From the NCBI GenBank assembly GCA_025839675.1, contig CP104013.1:5970001-6002000 (forward strand): DNA of 32,000 bases, read 5' to 3'. The notes under the pieces are model-generated. The model was not told the DNA's origin. It was given only the letters and a program-made list of their open reading frames with translations, and made no database searches. Below, piece after piece: positions 17,787 through 25,610 of the stretch. Each line of letters opens with the position of its first letter. The first letter of the stretch is position 1. The DNA comes from Candidatus Lokiarchaeum ossiferum. GTDB lineage: Archaea; Asgardarchaeota; Lokiarchaeia; Sigyniarchaeales; Promethearchaeaceae. The position numbers and the translations under genes were made by a program.

Positions 17787-18117
17787 TTGAGTGAATCGTA
17801 CTTTTTGTAATTTTCACTTTTTTTAGTAATTTATCACCCATTGGCTTTGAATCCCCCATTTTATACCACATTTAATTTTGTCGAGCAAAAGTGGACACGT
17901 TTTTTAGCATTCACAAAATTTCCCGTTTGCTAGGCCAAATTAGTGGATCTTAAATGATCTGATGATGAGCATAAAATCATGCCCAATTTCAAGATTTTAG
18001 ATAATATAAAAACCAAAACAATTTTATTCTTGTTTTCCTTACACTAATATATTCAATATCTGGGGTGCATCAGCTATTCTAATATTCAAATATCGACGAC
18101 GGCCTTCAATATATCAA

Positions 18118-18600
18118 ATGCAGTTACATGATTATATCGGTCTGAAATCAACTCAAATACTTGAAATGTGGATTCCAAAGACATATCGCTATGTATATAA
18201 AAAATTTAAATGGTTTCCATTCAAGCGTCACGCCCGGAAAGCCCCTTCATTGATAGTTTCTAAATCCCAAACACGATTAGAGCATTATATATACGGAAAT
18301 ATTGCACATATTCTTCCCAAACGGAAGTACTTCATGCGATTTCGCAATCTTGGGCAAACAACTTATGATGATTATGCAAAAGGCATACTTCCGCAGTCAG
18401 AGTGGGATATGCTCCACACGCTACCAAAATTTTCAGGATATTTCAATCATATCTTTGAAATGAATGATCTTAGTTACTTTGATAAAATTCAAGATGAATT
18501 GGAGATACAGGGAGTTCATTTCAAAGGAATGTTCCTTCATGATATTATCGCATTTGAACTACTTCGTCGCCGCTTGGATTCAAAGATTATTCAGGTTTAG
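18118..18600 (+). CDS. IS transposase N-terminal ORF (putative DNA-binding part)
   Basis: 160-aa basic ORF ending 5 nt before the catalytic ORF, which is in the -1 frame. The two are separated by TAG plus an A6 run. No motif is recognised. The assignment rests on position only. Confidence 0.5.
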   Translation: MQLHDYIGLKSTQILEMWIPKTYRYVYKKFKWFPFKRHARKAPSLIVSKSQTRLEHYIYGNIAHILPKRKYFMRFRNLGQTTYDDYAKGILPQSEWDMLHTLPKFSGYFNHIFEMNDLSYFDKIQDELEIQGVHFKGMFLHDIIAFELLRRRLDSKIIQV

Positions 18601-18605
18601 AAAAA

Positions 18606-19607
18606 ATGTCATATTTTATTGGTGATAATCCTTTGAAGGGGATTTTACATGATTCTTACTACTTTCCCTCCGCGGATGATATCAGTTATATTATGAATCG
18701 TATCCCTCTTTCCCGAGTCATGGATTATTTTCATAACTTAGTTCGTGAAGCTATTGATCTTAGGATAATCATTCCTAGAATCATGATTTTTGATGGTCAA
18801 TTTGTCAGAACGAACTGTAACAACAATAAAAATTCAAAAACAACAAAGTATAATGATAGTGATGCTGGATATTATCGTCATTCAGGGAAGAAGCTTGGTG
18901 TTGGATTTGTTCATTGGACACTTTATGCGTATTGTGGGAGCTGGAAACGGGCACTTCCAATACATTTTGAGACTTTTCCAGGCAATATGAACGATAAACC
19001 AGCATCCCGCAAAACCTTTACCGCTTTTAATAATCTTAAAATTGGAGAGTGGAAGATGGTGATGGGTGATACAGGTACGTATTGTAAGAAAAGTCTGGAA
19101 TTTTATCAAGATCGGGGCATTTTTCCTTTGCTTCGTGCACCAAAACACCTTAAAACTCATCCAACTCGGGAATTAAAAAAAGGATTTTGGTTTAATTCCG
19201 ATTATTTTCCACCTGGATGGACAGAGCAAGACATATTATTAATGTATGCTCAACGACCTTTAGTTGAAGCAGGTCAATCTGCAAACCCTACATTTTATAA
19301 TCAAAAACGATTAAATACTCGTGGATTGAATATGGCCCACCTTCATCGTACCTTAACATATATACTGGATTTAATGCGAGCAATTACAGCATATAAATTA
19401 GGTAGAACTGACTTATTGACGAAATTAAGTGCATTTTCAACTGGAAGGGAGTTTAAAACAAACTCTATGTGGATTAAACTAGCACGAGATTCAGGTTTTT
19501 GTCAACTTCAAGAGATTGCTTTAAATCCACGACAAAAAGCATTTTGGGATAAACGTCGGAAGTGGGAAGCAGAATTAAGAAAAAAACGAAAAAACGGTAA
19601 ATTTTAA
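18606..19607 (+). CDS. DDE transposase catalytic ORF (IS4-like, Y-x2-R-x3-E signature)
   Basis: Candidate DDE residues are in IMIFDGQFV (D), VMGDTGTYCKK (D) and YAQRPLVEAGQS (Y(2)R(3)E). The C-terminal part is typical of the family: ..LNTRGLNMAHLHRTLTYILDLMRAITAYKLG. Confidence 0.8.
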   Translation: MSYFIGDNPLKGILHDSYYFPSADDISYIMNRIPLSRVMDYFHNLVREAIDLRIIIPRIMIFDGQFVRTNCNNNKNSKTTKYNDSDAGYYRHSGKKLGVGFVHWTLYAYCGSWKRALPIHFETFPGNMNDKPASRKTFTAFNNLKIGEWKMVMGDTGTYCKKSLEFYQDRGIFPLLRAPKHLKTHPTRELKKGFWFNSDYFPPGWTEQDILLMYAQRPLVEAGQSANPTFYNQKRLNTRGLNMAHLHRTLTYILDLMRAITAYKLGRTDLLTKLSAFSTGREFKTNSMWIKLARDSGFCQLQEIALNPRQKAFWDKRRKWEAELRKKRKNGKF

Positions 19608-19726
19608 GTTTTTAAAATTCACTCAATTAGTTTTCTTTTTTTCCGTGTATCATTCAATCTAAAATTTTTATTCCATTTGTTATTTCGGAACACTTATTAA
19701 TACAAATTTATACTAATAAATTAATT

Positions 19727-21421
19727 ATGAAGCGATTCGAAAAAGACATCATTACATTATTCATAAGACGATTTTCTGTCTTTCAGTCTTCCAGAAATGT
19801 TATATTTACATTTCTTTTATTGTTGACCGTCTATCTCTCTACTTTTTCTCAAATTTTTCGAAGTTCTGCTTCCACAGATGATACTCAATATTTTCTAACT
19901 ATAGATGGTAATTCCGAATTAGTTGCCTATTGTTATGGATCGGGCGATGGCACTGCTCAAAATCCTTATATCATCAATGACTATCGAAAAGGATTGCAAA
20001 GTGGATCGGGAATTCACATTAAAAATACTGACAAATACTTAATCCTAAATCACATTTTCATTTATACATCCGAATATACTGGTCTTTCCCCCTACGATGT
20101 AGGATTGAAACTTGAAAATTGTGAAAATGTTCTAATTCAAGAATCTATCCTCGAAAGATTTGATTTGGGAATCATCGTTTCCAATTGCACGTCCATTGAA
20201 ATTAAGAGAACTTATCTTACGAACAATTTCCCCAATCTTCGAGTTGAAGATGGATCCCAAAATATTTCAATTCATGAAAATTATATCAACGGAGGTACCT
20301 TTGGAATTCAATTCTTGAATATCGATCCATCCCATAGCATCGTTTTCAATAATTGTCTGCTTGATATTCAATTCGCGATTGATCTATTTTCATCCTCCGC
20401 CCAAGTCTACAGTAACTATTTTTATAATTGTGCTGAAACCTATCGTCTTTTAGGATCTGGGCATAATACCTTTACTGGTAGCGAAGAAAATTCTATAGAT
20501 AATATTGAAATCTTCCAAGCTCAACTCTATGCAATCGGTTATCAATTCTTTAACAATAATTCCCATTTTCCTCTATCTTATGTTACTAAAACAACATCTA
20601 CTTCCACCACTACAGCTTCTTTAACTAATTCCAATTCTTCTCCATCGAATAATAATGGTGATTTAATGGTCTTCATATTACTTGTTATTTTACTTCTCGC
20701 GTTATTGAGTCTTGTATATTTAAAAAAAATTAACTCCTTGATAAAAAGCAAGAGCATCGATCGCCAATGGAAAGTATTTCAGCATGAATTTCACACCCAA
20801 TTAAATGAACTCCAATCCCTTTATTCCCAGTATCACTATGAAGACGCCTTCAACCTTTATCGAACCTTGGAGTCAAATATCGAGTCCAATCTAATTTCCA
20901 AACTCACCGATTTTCTAGGTTTCACTCAAAAACAGATTTATCTTCATCTTTCTATCATCCAACAAAAGAACCATGTTCAAGAACTGATTAATGCTGCTGA
21001 ATATTCTTATGCCTATCAAACCATTCAGTCATTAATGGAAAAGATCGACCAAAATTCCTCGCCTCTTCAAGATCCTTCCCTTTATCAAGAATTACAAGCT
21101 CAATACAAATTCCTCCAAAATGAAAAAGATCAAACTCATGCTGAATATAGTTCCAAATTATCTGAAATACTTCTGCTTGTCCAAGACCAACAATATGACC
21201 AAGCACTCAACGATTTTGCTCACTTACAGAATAAATTAGAAAAATGGGATTTCACTGATCTCCTTTCTGTTGTAAAAAAACAAGTGCAAACCTTGAGCAA
21301 TTTTCGACAAACTTTTCAATTAGACACAAAGGTGTCTTTAACCTCATATATTGAAGACTTGGATGACGATTTTGAGGAATGGAATACCAATATCGGACTC
21401 CATCTCGGTAAAAAAAAATAG
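19727..21421 (+). CDS. Type-I membrane protein: right-handed beta-helix (NosD/PbH1-like) ectodomain, S/T-rich stalk, TM, cytoplasmic helical-repeat domain and LDxDFxxW-x7-LGKK C-terminus
   Basis: N-terminal hydrophobic segment VIFTFLLLLTVYLSTFSQIF. GDGTAQNPYIINDY is followed by beta-helix turns (IHIKNTDKYLILNHIFI, LKLENCENVLIQESIL, IIVSNCTSIEIKRTYL..). The stalk is TKTTSTSTTTASLTNSNSSPSNNNG and the TM is LMVFILLVILLLALLSLVYL, followed by KKINSLIKSKS (positive-inside). Three helical hairpins (SQYHYEDAFNLYRTL; AAEYSYAYQTIQSL; QDQQYDQALNDFAHL) precede the end ..SYIEDLDDDFEEWNTNIGLHLGKKK-stop. Confidence 0.85.
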   Translation: MKRFEKDIITLFIRRFSVFQSSRNVIFTFLLLLTVYLSTFSQIFRSSASTDDTQYFLTIDGNSELVAYCYGSGDGTAQNPYIINDYRKGLQSGSGIHIKNTDKYLILNHIFIYTSEYTGLSPYDVGLKLENCENVLIQESILERFDLGIIVSNCTSIEIKRTYLTNNFPNLRVEDGSQNISIHENYINGGTFGIQFLNIDPSHSIVFNNCLLDIQFAIDLFSSSAQVYSNYFYNCAETYRLLGSGHNTFTGSEENSIDNIEIFQAQLYAIGYQFFNNNSHFPLSYVTKTTSTSTTTASLTNSNSSPSNNNGDLMVFILLVILLLALLSLVYLKKINSLIKSKSIDRQWKVFQHEFHTQLNELQSLYSQYHYEDAFNLYRTLESNIESNLISKLTDFLGFTQKQIYLHLSIIQQKNHVQELINAAEYSYAYQTIQSLMEKIDQNSSPLQDPSLYQELQAQYKFLQNEKDQTHAEYSSKLSEILLLVQDQQYDQALNDFAHLQNKLEKWDFTDLLSVVKKQVQTLSNFRQTFQLDTKVSLTSYIEDLDDDFEEWNTNIGLHLGKKK

Positions 21422-21600
21422 AAGTATCAAAACCTGAACCTACCACTTCATCTCCCATATAAAGATTATCACTGGCTTTTTTCCGCCCATTGTGAAAATT
21501 TTATAGGGACTACTCAACTCTTTATCCGTGATTTTTTCACAATGGGCGTAAATGAGAATTTTCCATGATGTTCCTTTTCCTATTTTCCGCTTCCTTTGTT
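21422..21600 (+). repeat. Flank-repeat copy C (internally rearranged, contains a 15-bp perfect palindromic pair)
   Basis: CTCCCATATAAAGATTATCACTGGCTTTTTTCCGCCCATTGTGAAAATT matches CTCCTATATAAAGATCGAGGCTGAC.TTTTCCCGCCCATGGTGAAAATT of copies B and D. TTCCATGATGTTCCTTTTCC matches CTCCATGATCCTTTTCCC. The middle segment is replaced. Confidence 0.6.
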
Positions 21601-21747
21601 ATTTTACTCCACGATTAATATTTCTACAAAATCAAAGGAGTTTTTAAATTGTAAATATTTTTTCTTTCAATATTTGGTATTATTGGTGGTTTACTACCGT
21701 CAAATTTATTATTGTTATTCAGTAATATTTAGTTAGGTGAGTTCACT

Positions 21748-24075
21748 GTGAAATTGGTTCACACATATTCCAAAAAGCAGAAAATCAGTTTTATCACTAT
21801 ACTATCGATAATTATTGCATCGGCAATAACAATACCAATTATTCTTCATAATTCCAAAAATTCCATAGAAGATCAAACTCCTCCAAATAAACCTCAAATA
21901 CTTGAATCTCTCTGTTTTACAAATAATTCCGCACTTGATTCCTTTTTTGAGAACTCCAACAAGACAGGGTTAAATGATGAAAATTCTTATCAATTGAAAA
22001 ACCTCGTTTTCAATACTACCGAGAATTACAATCCCCATTACGGTTCTTTTTCTTTTGCCTATAATATTGCTGTATCTTTGACCAATATTACTCGTTTTGT
22101 TAAAATTATTAATTGTACTTTTCAAGGATATTCAGATGCTATCTCTTTAATAAACTCTGAAAATATTGAAGTTTCAAATTGTTCATTTATTCAATGTCTC
22201 GATTCAATTCATATAATTGAATCTAAAAAAATCCAGATCAGAAGCAGTGTTTTTTTCCAATTTTATCAAGCAGTAAAATTATATAATTCTACAGATTGTG
22301 AAATATTTGACAATTATGGGTCGGATGGACAAAATGCAATATCATTGCGCGGAAGTCCATTGAATGAGATCAAAAATAATGAATTTTTCTTAGCTAAATC
22401 AAATAATAAATTACAAAGGGTTTATAGAGGTATTGCTTTATTCGAATCAAATCAAAATTCAATTCTTGATAATACCGTTGGATTACCTGCTGGCTTTCGA
22501 TTACATGGTCTTCGGTTGGAAAGTTCTAATAATAATAATGTATCATACAACTCACTTCTTAATTGTTCGATACTTTTTTTAAAAAGTCAAAATAATTCAA
22601 ATATCTCAAGTAACACATATAACGGTGGTGCTCTCACATATCTAGAAAATCAAAAAGATTTTCAATATCACGACACCTCTGGAAGTTTACTTGTGCTTAA
22701 TAATTGTTCCAATGTGAATATTTCAAGCATTGACTTTATTTCTGATAGTTATGGGGTGGTACTACATAATTGCTCATCTATTAATCTAGATCGTCTCTCA
22801 TTTACTTCTAATTTAAAAAATCAAAAATTTGCATCTGCAATTTGGATAGAAGAATCAAAACAAATCAACATAACCCACTCAAATTTCACTTACCGATTTA
22901 ATGCAATTTTTGCACACTATTCAGATTACTTAAACATGAATAATAATATATTTGATCAATGTGATTCAAGCCTTGAAGCATCTGATGCGACTAGTGTGTA
23001 TTTCTCGAATAATCAAATGGAAAACTCTACATTATTGTTGGATACATATACAAATTTAGCTCTCCTCGAAGATAGATCTCAATTTTACTCAAATAGAATA
23101 AATGGAAAAAATTTAGTATTTCTATTTAATCAATCCAACTTAATTTTTACTGATCCCTTAGATAATTCCACAATATTTGCTTATCATTGCCACAACATTT
23201 CAATCGGAGATTTTTCAGTTGCAAAAACATCAGGTATCTTGCTAAGAAAATGTACTGAAGTTTCTATAAGAAATGTAAATTTCACAGACAACTTTAATTT
23301 TGGAATTTATTTGATGAATTCTGACTATGTAAAGATCGAAAAATCTCGGTTTCAAAATCAGAAGTTTGGCATTTTCACAAATTATGGGACAATAATTAAA
23401 ATCCATGACAATTCCTTCATTTCAAATGGAATCGGGGCATCATTATGTAGTCTTCGCATATTAGAGTTCAATAATAATCTTCTCGAAAGAAATGGGGATG
23501 GTATAAAACTATGGGATATAACTGGTGGGGAATTTTACCACAATGTCGTCTCACACAATTTTAAAAACGGGATAAATACAGCAAATTGTGAGGATATTAA
23601 TATTCAATCCAACGAGATCTCAAATAATGATGCATCTGGCATATTAATTGTAGGAACTGATGATAATTGTTTTATAATTGAAAACATCATTTCCCAAAAT
23701 CAAGAAAACGGAGTTTCTATTTTCAGCTCTCGAGAGATATGCCTTTCAGAAAATATCATCAATATGAATAAATTTTATGGTCTTTTCTTTTCAAATTCAA
23801 TAGAAAATATTGTCTATTTTAATGAAATTCGAAATAATTCCTTGACCTCAATTCGAGAAGATATAAATAATCATACGATCTGGCTCGATGATTCGTTCTA
23901 TCTTGAATCCACTGTGATTATTGCGAATGAGGGAAAATACTCTTACTCTCGGTCTAGATCCATTAGTGGTGGATGGTATAATTTCTTTGAATTTCAAATT
24001 CAGTTTAACTGCGAAACAACAATTGATACCGAACTATATTCAGGAGAGAAAAATACTTATGTTAAAAACACCTAA
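21748..24075 (+). CDS. Large N-terminally anchored right-handed beta-helix (PbH1/NosD-like) surface glycoprotein
   Basis: GTG start. The signal-anchor is ISFITILSIIIASAITIPIIL. More than 20 parallel beta-helix repeat turns follow (e.g. INCTFQGYSDAISLINSENIEVSNCSF.., NGDGIKLWDITGGEFYHNVVSHNFKNGINTANCEDINIQSNEISNNDASGILI). By eye there are about two dozen N-x-S/T sequons. There is no C-terminal TM. Confidence 0.85.
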   Translation: MKLVHTYSKKQKISFITILSIIIASAITIPIILHNSKNSIEDQTPPNKPQILESLCFTNNSALDSFFENSNKTGLNDENSYQLKNLVFNTTENYNPHYGSFSFAYNIAVSLTNITRFVKIINCTFQGYSDAISLINSENIEVSNCSFIQCLDSIHIIESKKIQIRSSVFFQFYQAVKLYNSTDCEIFDNYGSDGQNAISLRGSPLNEIKNNEFFLAKSNNKLQRVYRGIALFESNQNSILDNTVGLPAGFRLHGLRLESSNNNNVSYNSLLNCSILFLKSQNNSNISSNTYNGGALTYLENQKDFQYHDTSGSLLVLNNCSNVNISSIDFISDSYGVVLHNCSSINLDRLSFTSNLKNQKFASAIWIEESKQINITHSNFTYRFNAIFAHYSDYLNMNNNIFDQCDSSLEASDATSVYFSNNQMENSTLLLDTYTNLALLEDRSQFYSNRINGKNLVFLFNQSNLIFTDPLDNSTIFAYHCHNISIGDFSVAKTSGILLRKCTEVSIRNVNFTDNFNFGIYLMNSDYVKIEKSRFQNQKFGIFTNYGTIIKIHDNSFISNGIGASLCSLRILEFNNNLLERNGDGIKLWDITGGEFYHNVVSHNFKNGINTANCEDINIQSNEISNNDASGILIVGTDDNCFIIENIISQNQENGVSIFSSREICLSENIINMNKFYGLFFSNSIENIVYFNEIRNNSLTSIREDINNHTIWLDDSFYLESTVIIANEGKYSYSRSRSISGGWYNFFEFQIQFNCETTIDTELYSGEKNTYVKNT

Positions 24076-25276
24076 AAGAAACTGGATTTCATTCGCCTTT
24101 CTATTAATTATTGTAGGATCTACCATATCAGTAGGGGGTGTTTCCTTTGATAGTACATCTCAGAGAAATAAAGTTATTTCTACAATTATTGCATCATCTG
24201 ACGAATTTATGTTTGATCCACTGATAGAATTTACGGACGAGGGGATTATTTCTGCTTTAGATTTAAAAAACCACTTATTTGGCAATGGAACTGAGCAAGA
24301 TCCGTATATTTTGAAAGATTTAAGTCTGAACATACAGGACTATCGACCTGAGTATGAATTATATATACGCTTTAGTTACTCCAATAAACACGTACGAATT
24401 GAAAATTGCTCTTTTAAGTATAGTTATTCCAGTTATTCATGGCCGGGAGATCCTAGTGGTGGAATTTACATCCATGGAAGTAAGAATGTCCATATTAATA
24501 ATTGTACATTTCTTAAAATGAGTGTTTTCCCAACAGCCATATATAATTCCAGCCATATCATCATTTCGAATTCGTCCTACTACTTGAATGACAATATAGC
24601 TATCACTGTTCTCGGTGGCGATTTCATCAGCGTGTTGAACTCAACATTCAAATCCACTGCTGGTGGAATTAAAATGAAAGATGTAAATAACAGTTACATT
24701 GATGGGAATTCTCTTATCCTTAATCAAAACCCTGGAATTATATTCACTGGAAATTCTAAGAATATTTCTATTTCTCATAATCATATCAAACAGAATACCC
24801 TAGGAATTGTGATATCTGGATCTGAAGAACGATGGTATAGTAACGGGGTCTTAACAAGTGAGACTATTAAATTCGTAGAAAATGTCTCTATTTTCCAAAA
24901 TATTGTCGAATATTCTACACTACAAGGGATTTCGATCTGGAAAACAATTAATTGCTCCATTTGGGGGAATCTGCTTAATAATAATATTGAAAATGGGATC
25001 CTGTTAGATGAAGTTGATAAGGTTCTCGTCCAAGAGAATAATATCTCTCATAATTTAAAGTACGGTGTTAATATTGTCAATTCAACCAATATTAATCTAA
25101 TTGATAATTACTTCACACAAAATGGTATTTCTAATATCTTTGGAAAATATGAGGACTCCCTAAAAACTTCTTCATTCAAATGGGGATATTGGCTCTTCGC
25201 TTCTCTTGGTGTCATTGCTGTCCCAATCTTGATTATTGTAGTGAAAAAATACCAAAATCAAAAAAAAACGATCTAA
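24059..25276 (+). CDS. Right-handed beta-helix surface protein with N-terminal signal/TM and C-terminal TM anchor
   Basis: The ATG at 24059 (MLKTPKRNWISFAFLLIIVG) overlaps the upstream stop by 17 nt and is preceded by GGAG 12 nt upstream. GTEQDPYILKDL is followed by PbH1-like turns (IYIHGSKNVHINNCTF, NPGIIFTGNSKNISISHNHI, ENGILLDEVDKVLVQENNISHNLKYGVNIVNSTNINLIDN). The C-terminal TM is WLFASLGVIAVPILIIVV followed by KKYQNQKK. The track's start at 23921 is read-through in the overlap frame. Confidence 0.8.
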   Translation: MLKTPKRNWISFAFLLIIVGSTISVGGVSFDSTSQRNKVISTIIASSDEFMFDPLIEFTDEGIISALDLKNHLFGNGTEQDPYILKDLSLNIQDYRPEYELYIRFSYSNKHVRIENCSFKYSYSSYSWPGDPSGGIYIHGSKNVHINNCTFLKMSVFPTAIYNSSHIIISNSSYYLNDNIAITVLGGDFISVLNSTFKSTAGGIKMKDVNNSYIDGNSLILNQNPGIIFTGNSKNISISHNHIKQNTLGIVISGSEERWYSNGVLTSETIKFVENVSIFQNIVEYSTLQGISIWKTINCSIWGNLLNNNIENGILLDEVDKVLVQENNISHNLKYGVNIVNSTNINLIDNYFTQNGISNIFGKYEDSLKTSSFKWGYWLFASLGVIAVPILIIVVKKYQNQKKTI

Positions 25277-25582
25277 ATCTTCATGGGTACAAATTTTTTA
25301 AATTCCTTGTTCCCTCAACTCTTCTGGATTAGGAACAAAATAAACCCATCTGTTTTTTACAATTACTTCTATATCTGTTCAAGATACCACCGCTTGTTTT
25401 TGTTATGGCTTTTGCGTAAACGCATTGATGACATGATGATATCTCAACTTCACAGCCATTAACTAATTGTTGTTCAATTTCCCTTCTGCGCTCCTCCTCC
25501 CTCTCCATATGGGTTCTTGTGGATATTATGGAAATGATTGATTTTGGTATAATCCCTTCAGCTATATGACGAAAGCAAAATC

Positions 25583-25590
25583 GATATAAG
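25583..25590 (+). promoter_or_regulatory. TATA-like box (GATATAAG) ending 21 nt upstream of the ATG at 25611
   Basis: Sequence and spacing match the other putative leaderless promoters in the window. Confidence 0.4.
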
Positions 25591-25610
25591 AATCCAAAAA
25601 GTAATTTACA

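Larger units (their letters stand above)
17784..19631 (+). mobile_element. IS4/IS5-superfamily-like DDE insertion sequence (outer bounds; true ends may be about 17867 and 19617)
   Basis: Two consecutive transposase ORFs are present. A perfect 13-bp inverted repeat, TAATTGAGTGAAT (17784-17796) / ATTCACTCAATTA (19619-19631), brackets them. Alternatively, flank-repeat homology (CCCATTGGCTT at 17849-17859, and ATTCACTC.. resuming at 19619) suggests insertion inside a flank-repeat copy between about 17867 and 19617. Confidence 0.6.

Noticed and set aside
18790-19160. Short ORFs inside the DDE transposase gene
   Set aside because: They are shadow ORFs of the transposase catalytic ORF.
21347-21418. 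Annotating the conserved C-terminal peptide outright as a WH2, paxillin-LD or MIM1 motif
   Set aside because: The resemblance is only in hydrophobic spacing and a terminal hydrophobic-G-K-K. The peptide is far more acidic than WH2 helices, and the order of elements differs from VCA modules. I keep it as a hypothesis to test, not as an annotation.
23921-24058. Upstream extension of the 24059-25276 gene suggested by the ORF track (start at 23921)
   Set aside because: The extension overlaps the end of the 775-aa gene in another frame and encodes no signal peptide. The ATG at 24059 gives a canonical signal/TM N-terminus and has an SD-like GGAG.
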